Below are positions 13,482 through 27,049 of a DNA stretch of 64,000 nucleotides, in pieces. Every line of letters begins with the position of its first letter. The first letter of the stretch is position 1. The notes below the pieces were generated by a model. The model had not been told where the DNA came from, searched no databases, and saw nothing but the letters and a program-made list of their open reading frames with translations. Both the position numbers and the translations under genes were made by a program. The stretch covers positions 32,116,001-32,180,000 of the forward strand of contig OZ024748.1 of assembly GCA_964016885.1 (NCBI GenBank). Reading direction: 5' to 3'. The DNA is from Eledone cirrhosa. Its lineage: Eukaryota.

Positions 13482-16400
13482 TATAACGGCACACTATAAC
13501 GGCGGTGAAGATTCGAAACCGAATCTGAGCTTTCCCGCCACTGGGACAAGCAGTGGTAAGTTGTTTACCTTGGGAGAGGCTAAACACAGGTCAGAGGTGT
13601 TTACGCCTGACAGAAAATAGGTCAGAGGATATATCCATCTTTCTGACTTGTTTACGCTTGGCAAACTAATTCCTTGGGAGACTAACCAAAGTTCAGAGGA
13701 TATATCTATCCTTCTAACTTCAACTCTTATAAATACAGGGGTTGTTTACGCCCCGACAGAAAAGAAGTGATATACAAACAAGACAAGTCGCATTTGCAAG
13801 CTCTAGTCACGAAAAACAAGTCTGCCACTTATTCTCACCTTCCTGGCTGATCGCTGACTCCTGCAATACAAACAAGTAAATATACTGATACGCACACACA
13901 TTCATAGTGAATTCAGTATTTTTACACATATTGTACCTTTCTGATACAGTACAAATTATATTATAATCGTATTCTGTGATACTTGAATTTACGTGGCTCG
14001 ATGAGCCACCAAATTATTGTATGAATATTTTGTATTATTGATTTTATAATTCAATATTCAAATTGAATATTGTTATAATAAAATAAACTTTGTAACAACA
14101 CAATCCTGGTATTTTTCTTTACATCGAAACCACCATACCAACAGTTACATCCATCCATCCACTTATCGTTACAACCACACATAATATTCCGTTACAACTG
14201 GTGATCCCGTAAAACAGACACACAACCTTCTGATCATCCTCTACAAACAATGTCTCTAGCACACGACGATTCATCTACGGCAGAAATGGCAGTCAGGGCG
14301 GCATTTACATTAAGAATTTCACCATTCTGGGTGCACGATCCAACACTGTGGTTCGCGCACATCGAACCGGGTCGTTAGTGAGGTATCCCGTCTCACACAT
14401 GTCATCGGTTCGATGTCTCCGGAGATTATAAATGAGGTTCGAGACCTCATTTTAACACCACCCGGCTCTGTGTCATATGACACATTTAAAAGAACATTAG
14501 TTAAGCGGACGTCGGAGTCGCAGCAGAAACGTTTGCACCAGCTCCTCATATCGGAGGAATTAAGAGATAAAAAGCTGACGCAACTCCTACGGCGAATGAA
14601 GCAGCTTCTGGGAGAACATAAACTCCCGGATGAAATTTTCAAGCAACTCTTCCTCCAGCGTTTGCCTTCTGCCACACAAGTTGTACTAGCATCCACCAGG
14701 GAGTCCACCACCATAGAAGAACTCGCCGAGCTGGCAGATAAGATCATGGAGGTACCACATCTGCACTCAATTTAGCGAATGTGACGCCAGCCGTGCCTTC
14801 CACCAATCCTTTCCTTCAGCCTTCCAGTGCCACAGAGATGCCCGATCTACACCAGTTACTGGCACAGCAAGCAACACAGATACAGGCCTTGACACAACAA
14901 ATTCAGGCCTTGTCACTGGGCAACCCTACCACGCGTCGGTCCAACAGTCGAACTCGCCGATTTGGTGGTCGCTCAAGAAGTCCGAGCGCATCTCGGGATT
15001 CACCAGAAATGTGTTGGTACCACCAACAATTCGGGAGACAAGCGCAAAAGTGCAGTAATCCTTGTTTATTTGTCGAATCAGAGAAAGGACACAGCCAGAA
15101 ACTGAATGCGACAGACGTTATCAACCCCAGCAAATGTGAGTTCGGAGTTGCGTCCCTTCATTTTCTGGGACACATCATTGACAAAGATGGTATTCGCCCA
15201 CTTAAGGAGAAAGTCAAATCCCTCATTGATTTTCCACAACCTACATCTCTCCGCAAACTGCGAGAATTTCTTGGCCTGGTAAACTTCTACAGAAGATTTA
15301 TACCCCACTGTGCAGAGACAGCCCAACCACTCACAGATTTGCTGCGGCAGCGTACAACCAAAGACGCAAACATCAATCTTAGCGAAAAAGAATGTACCGC
15401 TTTCGTTGAGTTGAAGAAAATGTTGTCCGAGGCTACACTGCTGAGTTACCCCAAACCTGACGCCCCAATGTGTTTATTGACTGATGCATCCGATTTCGGA
15501 GTTGGAGGTGTGCTTCAACAACTCTCTGGCGATATTTGGCGACCTGTATCTTTTTTCTCTAAGCGATTAAAACCCGCCGAAACTAGTACAGCACATTCAG
15601 TCGTGAATTATTGGCAGCATACCTTGCTGTCAAGCATTTTCGACATATGCTAGAAGGTTGTGTGTTCTCTATATACACCGACCACAAACCACTAGTGTAC
15701 GCGTTCAACGCCAAGCCTGACCGACACTCACCCAGGGAGGTCCGACATCTGGACTTCATTTCTCAGTACACTACTGATATTCGGTACATTAAGGGTGCCA
15801 CCAACTCAGCAGCTGATGCCCTATCGCGCATGGAGCTTAACGCAACCCACACCACTGCCACTATCGACCCCCAAAGGATCGCAGTGGATCAACAGAATGA
15901 CGAGGAACTGCTGCAACTCCGGAAATCATCCTTGAAATTGAAGGAATGCCCGCTGCCCTCTTCTTTGGGTTATATTTGGTGCGATATCTCCACAGGCCCC
16001 GAGCGCCCATACGTGCCCCGGAAACATCGACGCAACGTTTTCTCGGCACTGCATTCTCTGGCACATCCTGGCGTTCGCGCCACGCAGAAACTGATGGTTG
16101 CCCGCTCTGCGTGGCCCAACATCAACAAGGACACCCGCGAATGGGCTAGGAACTGTATCGCGTGCCAGAAGCCGAAAATTCACCGGCACATCAAAGCCCC
16201 GATCGGTTCTTTCGCAACACTTGATGCACGGTTCCAACATGTGCATATAGGCATCGTTGGACCTTTGCCTCCTTCTCACAACTACACTCATCTTCTCACC
16301 TGTAGACCGATTTTCACGCTGGCCAGAAGCTTTTCCCCTGGCGGATATTACTGCGGAAACTGTCGCCAAAACGCTAGTGTTTCACTGGGTTTCGCGTTTC

Positions 16401-18609
16401 GGCACACCCGTGACCATCACTACGGATAGAGGATGTCAGTTCGATTCGCACCTCTTTACCGAGCTGACTCGTCTCCTCGGTGCAAACACATCCGTACAAC
16501 AGCGTATCACCCTGCTGCTAACGGCATGGTAGAACGATTACACCGCCAGCTAAAAGCACCTATCAAGGCTTACGAAGACTCCACTAACTGGTTTGAATAC
16601 CTCCCACTCATTCTTCTTGGTATTCGTTCCACTGTTAAGGAGGGAGTCGGACATTCTCCGGCTGAAATGGTGTATGGCACCGTACTCACTCTACCCGGAC
16701 AAATGATCGCTCCTGTTTCGCCACAAGAACTTCCAGACCCAACAAAATATGTGCACCGTTTACGGTCATCAATGTCGCATCTGTCTCCTTCAGCCCCTAA
16801 ACAACAGCACGTTACTTCACACATACTAAAAGACATCGATACATGGACGCATGTTTTCGTTAGAAATGACGGTATTCCATCGCAACTTCGTCCCCCGTAT
16901 TCCGGGCCCTATAAGGTGATACAGAAACGCCCCAAGTATTTCGTCCTCGACTTGAACGGGAAACGAAATACCGTCTCCATTGATCGTTTAAAAAAAGCGT
17001 TCATAGAACAGGAATTGCCACCAGTACCCACCGTTTCTCCAGCAGACTCACCAACAACTTTGCCCGACACAAACACGACAAATTCTGCACAGCCCCGACA
17101 CACCAAATCTGGAAGAACAGTCCGATGGCCCACGCAATACGTACAAGTTTATCGGGTAAGTACAAATTATGCATCTGGTCGACATTTCGGCTAATTTGTA
17201 CATTTCAACGAATCGGCCAATTTCTGTGGTCATGAACTATTGTTACACACAAATCAATTAACTCTGTGCATCACCCACATCAAATACCGTCTCCATCGAT
17301 CGTTTAAAAAAAGCGTTCATAGAACAGGAATTGCCACCAGTACCCACCGTTTCTCCAGCAGACTCACCAACAACTTTGCCCGACACAAACACGACAAATT
17401 CTGCACAACCCCGACTCACCAAATCTGGAAGAACAGTCCGATGGCCCACGCAATACGTACAAGTTTATCGGGTAAGTACAAATTATGCATCTGGTCAACA
17501 TTTCGGCTAATTTGTACATTTCAACGAATCGGCCAATTTCTGTGGTCATGAACTATTGTTACACACAAATCAATTAACTCTGTGCATCACCCACATCAAA
17601 AGAACATTTTTCGTTTCTATGAAATGAACGAACTTTTAATCAACAAACTTTTTGTACAAACATTTTCAATTTTATGTAACATCACAGTACATTTTCCTGC
17701 ATGCAAATTTCTTTTGCTTTGCATGTTTTCTTTCATTTCTCCTGTTTGTAAATGACTTTCATGTGTTTTTTTGTTTTTACTGATTTTCTTCAACAACACA
17801 CCTAGTCATACCTATCTTAATTTCACATGCACCTAGATCGTTCAATCTTAGCTTTCTCACTGGAAAGGGGTACTATAACGGCAGCGAAAATTCGAAACCT
17901 AATCTGAGCTTTCCCGCCTCTGGGACAAGCAGTGGTAAGTTGTTTACGCTCAAGAGACTAACCCCTTGGGAGAGGCTAAACACAGGTCAGAGGTGTTTAC
18001 GCCTGACAGAAAATAGGTCAGAGGATATATCCATCTTTCTGACTTGTTTACGCTTGGCAAACTAATCCCTTGGGAGACTAACCAAAGTTCAGAGGATATA
18101 TCTATCCTTCTAACTTCAACTCTTATAAATACAGGGGTTGTTTACGCCCCGACAGAAAAGAAGTGATATACAGACAAGACAAGTCGCATTTACAAGCTCT
18201 AGTCACGAAAAAACAGTCTATCACTTATTCTCACCTTCCTGGCTGATCGCTGACTCCTGCAATACAAATAAGCAAATATACTGATAGGCACACACGCATT
18301 CATAGTGAGTTCAGTAATTTTACACGCACCATTTCTGTTTATACATATTGTATCTTTCGGATACAGTACAAATTTTATTATCATCGTATTCTGTGATACT
18401 TGAATTTACATGACTCGAGGAGCCACCAAATTATTGTATGAATATTTTGTGTTATTGATTTTATCATTCAATATTCAAATTGAATATTGTTATAATAAAA
18501 TAAACTTTGTAACAACACAATCCTGGTATTTTTCTTTACATCGAAATCACCATACCAACAGTTACATCCATCCACTTATCGTTACAACCATACATAATAT
18601 TCCGTTACA
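13482..18609 (+). mobile_element. Gypsy LTR retrotransposon with two LTRs (13495-14196, 17874-18609), internally deleted
   Basis: Near-identical LTRs tataac...gttaca, PBS tggtgatcccgt (14199, tRNA-Trp-like) and PPT ggaaagggg (17862-17870). Gag, RT C-terminus, RNase H and integrase (GPY motif) ORFs are present; protease and RT core are missing. Flanks read TATA/TATA. Confidence 0.95.
16966..17599 (+). repeat. 316-bp tandem duplication of the integrase end and 3' UTR
   Basis: aaataccgtctccat at 16966 and 17282; near-identical copies. Confidence 0.92.
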
Positions 18610-18877
18610 TATATATTTTTCTATACATTATCTATGTATATATATATAGAGAGAGAGAGAGACGTGTATATAATCGCATATGTATATTTAATTTATATTT
18701 CCTGGCCTGGTATGAATAACAATTTCTAGACGGTTTATAACACAAAATATAGAAAAGTTAGTCAGAAATATTTTTAAAATAAAACATAATACATTAGTGA
18801 ATAAAACGTAATAAAGATAAAAATTGTTGAATTACCTCGAAGATATTTATTTTGCCAGAGATTTGATAGGAAATATC

Positions 18878-19495
18878 GGCATACGTTAAGACGGGCGTTC
18901 GTGAAAGTGAAAGTAAATTTTTTGACAAGTGAATTTTTTTTTTTTTTCTTTTTTACAATGAAAGTTACGATACACACGCAATTGTATGGATTTCTTAAAA
19001 TATATATATGTGTGGGTGTGTATATGTGTGTATATATGTGTGTACACTGTGAATTTGTTTGTTTATTTACAACAGGTCTCTATAGTGATATGGTGTTAAT
19101 TAGTATTGCGTGTGTGATTATTTTTTCTTATATATATATGTGTGGGTGTGTATATGTGTGTCTGTATGTATATATATATATGTGTTTATTTCTTTCAACA
19201 CACAATGTCATTATTTAAAAAAAAAATGTCCGTACACACAATACACAAAAAATAAAAAGAAAAAATAATCACACACGCAATACTAATTAACACCATATCA
19301 CTATAGAGACCTGTAGTAAATAAACAAACAAATTCACAGTGTACACACATATATACACACCCACACATATATATATTTTAAGAAATACATACAATTGCGT
19401 GTGTATCGTAATTTTCACTGTAAAAAAAAAAAAATAAAATTCACTTGTCAAAAAATTTACTTTCACTTTCACGAACGCCCGTCTTAACGTATGCC
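18878..19495. mobile_element. Mutator-like MITE/foldback element with ~250-bp TIRs and 9-bp TSD GGAAATATC
   Basis: TIRs ggcatacgttaagacggg.../...cccgtcttaacgtatgcc; TSD at 18869-18877 and 19496-19504; empty paralogous site at ~41411. Confidence 0.88.
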
Positions 19496-19504
19496 GGAAA
19501 TATC

Positions 19505-20075
19505 TATATATTAGGTTGATATGTGGTCTAATATATATATATTGTCTATAATTGACTGATAGCAGATGTTCTGGTGAAATAGTAGTTTTACTACTACAGA
19601 TTGTAATGGAACTCTTAGTAGACACAATTGTAAAGTAAGAATAGACATGACGGTGTAAGACTGATGTCGAGGAAAGAAAATTGTGTGAGTATATAATTGT
19701 TACACAAGATATAATTAGATTAATTAAAGTTATAATGAAGACAGCAGGAACCTGGTGTCGTTGAGAATGTTTCATCTATCGCAAAGGTGTCATACTTTAA
19801 AAGTCCCTGATATAATTTAATACATTCAGACACAGTTCCAATCGTATTTAATTAATTGTAAATCAGAAAGTATCACCCAGTAAAATATCTATTGTATATC
19901 AATAAGAGAACCTCTACGTAGTCTCACTGACTGCTAGAAATAGCAGCGATATTATCCATTACAACTTAGTTTTTTTTGTTTAAAATCTCCAAAGTTTAGT
20001 TATACAATCAACAGCAAATCTTTTGTATAGACTTCGGAATAAACTGGAAGACCCTCAAAATATCATTATCCTTCT
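19505..20075 (+). repeat. Non-coding segment paralogous to 41420-41990
   Basis: About 570 bp colinear and highly similar by eye (ttaggttgatatgtggtcta...aaactggaagacc). Confidence 0.85.
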
Positions 20076-20185
20076 CTCTCTCTTTAAGCAAAGAATCGTT
20101 GCTTTCACCCTGAAAGGGGTCTTCTGAAACTCATTATTTTAATAAAAAGTTGCCCTACGGCTTATACACACACACACACATATAT

Positions 20186-20250
<65 letters not shown>

Positions 20251-20312
20251 GATATATATATTATCCTTATCGAGCCCCTCCGGATTTTGGTCTTCACATA
20301 TATATATATGTA

Positions 20313-22700
20313 TCATCATCATCATCATCACCGTTTTACGTCCGTTCTTCCACGCTAGCATGGGTTAGACGGGTTGTCCTGTTGTGGGCAGTGTCTGGTC
20401 GGCTGACCATGCCTTGCTCATACAGGAACTGATCTGGCTTGATTTCTACAGCTGGATGCCCTTCCTAACACCAACCTCATTTACAGTGAGTGCTGGGTGC
20501 TTTTTCGTGGCGCCTACACATCCACTTTACAGTGTGGGCTGGGTGCTTTTTTGCCGTGGCACCTTGCGGTGGGGGGAGTGGGGGCATATTGTTTATATGC
20601 TTCAGCATGTACCCATGGGAGGTCGGGTACCCTGTATTACTGCGTGACGCCAGAAGTCACGGTCGTGTGTCATTGACTTTGAGAGGTGTAGTTGGGTAAG
20701 GTCGGCTTTTATCACCTCATCCCAAGTCATCTTGGGTCTCCCCACTCCGCGGTTTCCATCAACTTCTAGTGCTCTGCACCTTTTTATGCAGCTGTCATCC
20801 TTCATACGCATCACATGTCCATACCAGCGTAACCGCCTCTCCTGCACGCAGCATTTGATTCCTCTAATGCTCAGTCTCTCTCTCAATTCCTTCATGCTTT
20901 GTCGTTCACGTATATTACTGTTACACATCCATCGGAGCATGCAGGCTTCGTTTCTCTCTAATCTACGTAAGTCTTCCACCTTCAGCGCCCAGGTCTCACT
21001 ACCATGCAACATCGCTGTTCGGATACACGCATCATACAGTCTGCCTTTCATTCTGAGGGAGAAGCCTTTTGCAGCTAGCAGTGGTAGTAGTCCCCTAAAC
21101 TTCTTCCATCCCGTTCTTACCCTAGTTATTGTACCTTCTGAGCACCCACCTCCGTTGCTAATTCGGTCACCTAGGTAGCAGAAGCTGTCTACTGTTTCTA
21201 CAGGGTCCTCCCAGAGATTGGTGGTACTTGTTTCCTGTGGCTGTTTGCTTGCTGTTTCAGCACAGCTGCTGCATGTGAATCCTACATTCTTAATTAAGCT
21301 TCCTGAGATCCCGCTACATCTCTTGTGTACCCATTGTTTGCATTTGGGGCAGAGAATGGAGTTCCTACCTACACCTTTCCTACATACTGAGCAAGGCCAT
21401 TTCCCTGAGGGGATCTGGGTTCTGTTTTCTTGTCTACTTACAAGGACCTTAGTCCTTGTCATGTTGACTTTGAGGCCCTTTCTCTCTAGTCCCTGCTTCC
21501 AGGTTTGGAATTTATTCTCTAGTTCTACCATAGATTCAGCTATGAGTGCGAGGTCATCAGCATACAGGAGTTCCCATGGGCATCCAGTCTTAAACTCCTC
21601 CGTTATTGCCTGCAGGACTATGATGAACAGGAGAGGGCTAAGAACAGAGCCCTGGTGGACCCCAACCTGTACGCTAAATTCCTCGCTATACTCATTGCTA
21701 ATCCTAACTTTGCTGACTGCTCCCCTATACATGGCTTGTACCGCTTTCACAAGCCATTCATCTACTCCTAGTTTTCTAAGAGCCCACCAGATTACTGCAC
21801 GTGGAACTCTGTCAAAGGCTTTCTCAAGGTCGACAAATGCCAAGTAGAGTGGCTTACTTTTAGCTAGGTACTTTTCCTGTAATTGCCTCACAAGGAAGAG
21901 GGCATCAGTGGTGCCTTTCCCTGGTACAAACCCAAATTGCATCTCGTCTACATTCACCCGGTCCCTAATCAGCTGTGCTATAACTCTTTCTGTTACTTTC
22001 ATGACCTGGTCCATCAACTTTATACCTCTATAGTTTCCTCTATCTAGTGCATCGCCTTTACCTTTGTAGCAGTTGACAATGATGCTACTGCACCAATCTT
22101 TTGGTATGGCCCCTTCTAGTATTACCTGGTTAACGATACGTGTGGTTATAGTGTAACCTACAGACCCAGATGCCTTCAGCATCTCGGCAGCTATACCCGA
22201 TGGACCGGTTGCCTTCCCTATCTTCATATCTCTGATTGCCTTACTTACTACGCTGCCGCTGACTTTTACTGCTGGTCCCTCTATAGGGTCTACGTGGGGT
22301 AGGGTCTCTTCTTCCCATGCATTCTCCTCATTTAGTAATCTATCATAATGACTCTTCCATGCATCTTTCTTCTCAGCACTTGTGAGGGCAAGCTCACCTT
22401 TATCATTCCGGATACACTTCTCTCCAATGACATCACAACTATCTCTGACACACTGCCTCGCAATCTTGAATACCTCCTGTTTCTGGTCCTCACGTTGTAA
22501 AACATGCTTGAATTTTCTATCCTCTGCTTCCCTCCTAGCTAAGTATACTTGTCGCCTAGCTTCCCTCTTGGTCTCTATGTAATGTACCCTGCTCCCCCCG
22601 TTCTTCCATTCTTTCCATGCCTGTCTCTTGGCCTTGACTGCTTCATCTACCTTATTGTTCCACCACCAAGTCACTCTCCTCCTGCTTGAGGTCTTACTCC
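20313..22700 (-). mobile_element. 5'-truncated RTE-clade LINE with open RT ORF (690 aa) and (GAT)n tail
   Basis: ORF 20602-22674 has NYRGIKL, QFGF, FVDLEKAFD, GVHQGSVLSP, YADD, a PHD-like CxxC...CxxC...HxxC...CxxC insert and RRLRWYGHV; (cat)n at 20313. Confidence 0.95.
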
Positions 22701-24430
22701 TATAAGATCAAAAGATGGTTAAAAGAGTTCCAAGTATTTTATTATGCGCATTTCAAAAACAAATATCATCAGGAGATGATATTTGCGTTCTCATCAGATA
22801 AAATAGGGAGACATGATATGAAGCTTAAAAAACACTTGCGAGCAGTGAAGTGTTAATTCAACATATGAAAAATAAAGTAAGATGGCTATATGATATCGGG
22901 GGAAAAGGGAGGGGGGGGGGGGTTAGGAAAAAGTAAGGAAGAGGAAGAAAGAAAATAAAGGATGGCGGAGGAGGAGTATAAGAAGGAAGGATGAGAGAGG
23001 AGGAGAAATGAGTGATAGAGAGAGAGAAATAGCCTTTACAACTGATAAAACATTGTCTCACAGAGAGAAATTAAAAAACCGTTGAAAGATAATGGATAAT
23101 TTTAAAAGAATTTGAAATTAAAAGTTAATTTTATGAATGGTGATGTTTAGGAATAAAGAAAAAGGAATTAAGAATAGTTTATATATTGAAGGGTTTAATA
23201 ATATGTGCGGAAAAAAGAATTTATTAATATGTATTATTAAAATAAAAATATTAAGGATATTAAGGATATAATATGAAAGAAGGAGAGGTTGAATGAATTA
23301 TGAAGGAATTAGTTAGGGTTTAAGTTTGTTTTTATGTATTGTAATATGTAAAAGTAAATAATAGGTTTAATGCGAGCATGGAAGGAGAGAAGAAAGAAGA
23401 AAATTTAAGAAAGAAAAAATATCTAACGTCAAAAAGTATATATGTTTACAAAATTTTCTAATGGTAATATTATTATATATTAAAAAAAAAAAATAGTTTC
23501 TATGGCCAATAATATAAGGAAAAATGGAAAAATGGAAAATGCCATAGTGAGTAATAATATGAATTAAGAAGTAATTGAGAAGTAAAAGTTACAGATTAAA
23601 GATTAGAAATTAAAAAAGAAAAAAGGAAGAAAGGAAAAAGGATAAAAAAAAGAAAGATAGGGGACCTCTAACGACATAGAATGAGTAAATTGTATAATAT
23701 AATATACTGAAATAAGGTAGAAAGATGGGAATATTTGTAACAGATATAAAAGCCTTTGAGAAAAGAAGATTTTAAACTAATTAGGTATTGAGATATTAGC
23801 TGTATACTTTATGGAAAGTTCTATGGGATTTATGCAAGCAGAGCGAAAATAAATCCCTACGTCTATTTATTATAGAATTAAAATTAGATATAATGGTAAA
23901 TTTCTCGGCAAGGCAGAGATTTCATGTTCTGGATAGGGAAGAATTTCGGTAAGGAAAGGTGTTGCAAACCTTCCTCCAAGAGATGTTATAGTTAATATTT
24001 TTGTCTTTTAAGGACCATATTAGTTCCGAGAGTGCCTTGTTAGTTCTTTTAAGTTAGTATTTAAAAGACGATTTGTGATTATAAAATCTTGCTTTAAAGG
24101 AAGTGGAAGTGGAACCGAAATAGGTAAAAGAATTAGTACCAGTTATAACCTTACATTCATACACTAAGTTTTTATCAAGACATTGGTTATTAAGAGGACA
24201 TTTAGTTCTAACAGAGCAATTACGATTAGAGAAATTAACAAGTGACCTAGTATTATTTATAGAAGGAATTGGATTGGAGAAGTTATTTAGATTGGTATTA
24301 TGAACATTCGACAAAGTTACATTTGACGTCATATTTAAATTTACTGAATCTAGCCTATTGACGTTGCTATTATTATGACGCTCAGTGTTGGATGGATATA
24401 ATTTATCTAATATTTTAGTATTTGGTATGA
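22701..24430 (-). mobile_element. 5'-truncated Penelope-like element (GIY-YIG domain + 3' UTR/pLTR)
   Basis: ORF 24054-24332 reads CSVRTKCPLNNQCLDKNLVYECK...YFGSTSTSFKARFYNHKSSF, homologous to 1-430; hammerhead near the 3' end. Confidence 0.85.
22735..22805 (-). ncRNA. Minimal type I hammerhead ribozyme
   Basis: tattttat-CTGATGA-gaacgcaaatatcatc/tcct/gatgatatttgttttt-GAAA-tgcgca-TA-ataaaata. Confidence 0.85.
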
Positions 24431-24439
24431 TAGGTTTAA

Positions 24440-24550
24440 TGACCGTATGAGCAAGACAGGGTCATCCTACCGGGCACTGCCCACAACAGTACAACCCGTC
24501 TAACCCATGCTAGCGTGGAAGAACGGACGTAAAACGGTGATGATGATGAT
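24440..24550 (+). mobile_element. RTE 3'-tail fragment
   Basis: Reverse complement of 20313-20425, ending in (GAT)n. Confidence 0.7.
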
Positions 24551-24581
24551 TATATATACACGTGTATATTCATATATTATA

Positions 24582-25880
24582 CATCATCACAGTTTAATTT
24601 CCATTTTACATACTAGCATGGGTCGGACGAGTTGTCCTGTTGTGTGAAAAGTTAGATCAAATGACCGTGTCTGGTTCATGCAAGAAACATTTCTGTTGGT
24701 TTCTACGGCTGGATGTCCTTCCTAAATCTAACCACATTTACAGGGAGGACTTGGCATTTATTGTGTTGCTAACATGACCAACCTACAGGGTGGACTGGGT
24801 GCTTTTTGTTGTCTCACCATCAAGACCACCACCTAACAGAGCAGACTGGGCGCTCTTTGTCATGTCACCAATTTGACTACTTTGAAGTGTGCCTTCAGTC
24901 TTGCCACTAGCATGACCACTTACCAGAGTGGGCTAGGGGCTTCCTGTCATGTCTACCTCACAGGGTGGACTGGGTGCTTAGTTGTCACGTCACCAGCATG
25001 ACTACTTTACAGGGAGGGTTAGGTGCATACTTGTATACATGGGTTGGCCAAGAGAGGTGTATCAGATGTGAAAGTGGGGGTGGGGTAGTGTATATGTAGG
25101 GTGGAGATTTGAGAGGTAGGTCAGGGGGTGGAGTGTTAAGATGTGGGGAGGTGGAAAATTGGAGCATAAATGTTGCTTCATCACGTGCACATTGGAATGC
25201 AGGTCTTCTAAAGTACTGTATAACGCCAGAGATTTCAATCCTGTGTCATCACCTTTGAGAGGTACAATGGTGTCAGGTCAGTTTTTACCTCCTCATGCCA
25301 AGCTTTCCTAGGTCTTCCTCTTCCATCAATTTCAAGTGGTCAACCTTTTATACAGCATCTCTACCTTCATACACATCACATGTCCATACCACTCCTCTTC
25401 TGAATACTAAATCTTATCCCTTTTATGCCCGAGTTCTTTCAGATTATTGACACTTTGCTCTTCATGTATATCAATATTACACATCCATCGGAGAATTCAA
25501 GCTTCATTTCTATCCAATCTTCGGAGGTCCTCTGCACACACCGCCCAGATCTCACTGCAATGCAGCATTGCTGTTCATATGCACACATCAATTTGATGAA
25601 ACAACCTTTTGTAGCTAGCAGCAGTAGTTGTAACACCCTAAACCTCTGCCATGTTGTTCTTATGCTGGTTACTGTACTTTCAGAACACCTACCTCCACTG
25701 CTAATTTGGTCACCTTGGTAACAGAAACGGTCAACTGCTTCTATGGAACCCCTTAAATGTTTGATAGAGCTTGTCTCCTAAAAGCGATTGCTGCTTACTG
25801 CTCCAGTGCAATGACCCCATGTAAAACCTACGTTCTTAGCTAACTTACGTTGTATCCCACTAAATCTCTTGTGTACCCAT
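24582..25880 (-). mobile_element. Decayed RTE 3' portion, with ~45-bp tandem repeats in its 3' UTR
   Basis: Remnants LWVHKRFSGI and LLLLATKG homologous to the 20313 RTE; repeated tacagggtggactgggtgct units at 24740-25020. Confidence 0.7.
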
Positions 25881-26139
25881 AGTCTATTTAGAGTAAATAA
25901 TGTCTCATACACACAACATGTATGTGTGACCACTGGTTTCCAAGTCCACTTATGGCCACTACTGTTTAATGGGGGGAGGCACTTCCAAACAGACCCTTCA
26001 TTGGGCATGCTGATAAATCTATTAAAAGGAAGTTCTTTCCTCCAACAATTTTCACTCCAAACAAAGGAGAGTTTCATATTCTCAAAAAGGAAGGTAAATC
26101 TTTAGTGGTGGAATTGTCAGGCTTAATTATATATGTAAT

Positions 26140-26772
26140 TAGACACACATAGAAATGATTGATAGCTTTTGCAATCCAGGTGACTTAATTAGCAGTGGGG
26201 CAGGCTGCTCTGAAAGATGAATAGCTAGAATAAGGATAGGATGGAAAAAGTTTAGAGAGCTACTGAAACAGTTGACCACAAAAGGTTTCTCTCTCTGTAC
26301 AAAAGAGCAACTGTATGACACATGTGGGTTATGTGCAGTGATGAATGGTAACGAAACAGCAGAGGATATGTAGACTGGAGAGAAATGAAACAACCATGCT
26401 TTGTAGGAAATGTTATGTAAGTGTGAGAGAAAAGCAGAGTTTGGACAAGTTCAAGAAGAAGCTGAGTTTAAGAGTGATCTGAAGTGGTGTGTAAGAGAGA
26501 AGACTTTGTTTGTACGGACATGGGATGCACATGGATAATGACCACTGGGTGATGAAGTGCCAGGAAATCCCAGTGGAAGGAAGCCATAGTAGAGGTAGAC
26601 CAAGAAAGACCTGGACAGAGGCTGTGTGAACGGACTTCAAATCACTGACTCTCACAGAGGAGATGACAAAGGAACACGACGTGTTGAAGGATGCCATGTT
26701 GAGAAAGACATGTCCAACCCAAGGAAGCATGGAAAAACGGACATAAAAACAGTGATGATGTTGATGAAGATG
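26140..26772 (+). mobile_element. Decayed RTE 3' fragment
   Basis: aggataggatggaaaaagtttagagagctac (RIGWKKFREL) and agaggtagaccaagaaagacctgg (RGRPRKTW), with (GAT)n tail. Confidence 0.75.
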
Positions 26773-27049
26773 ACAAACATACATAATCAAATAAATCAAA
26801 CACAGATATGCTCATACATAAGTATGTGCATATCTGTGTTATTACAAACATATACATGTACACAAATTTCTACACACATACATTCACATATATATAGCGT
26901 ATGTAAATTCTGAACAATACAGTTTTGGCAGCACAAGTCTTGGTTACAACTTCTACAAATAAAATAAAAGAAGAATTTCTTAGTAAAACAGTTTTATTCA
27001 AAATATTAACAATAGTGACACTGTTTTGGGTGAGTGATATGGTTTTTAT

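Noticed and set aside
20732-21847. Antisense ORFs over RTE, Gypsy and ZNF coding regions (also 28004-28318, 38387-39130, 63059-63565)
   Set aside because: Shadow frames of real coding sequence, with no motifs of their own.
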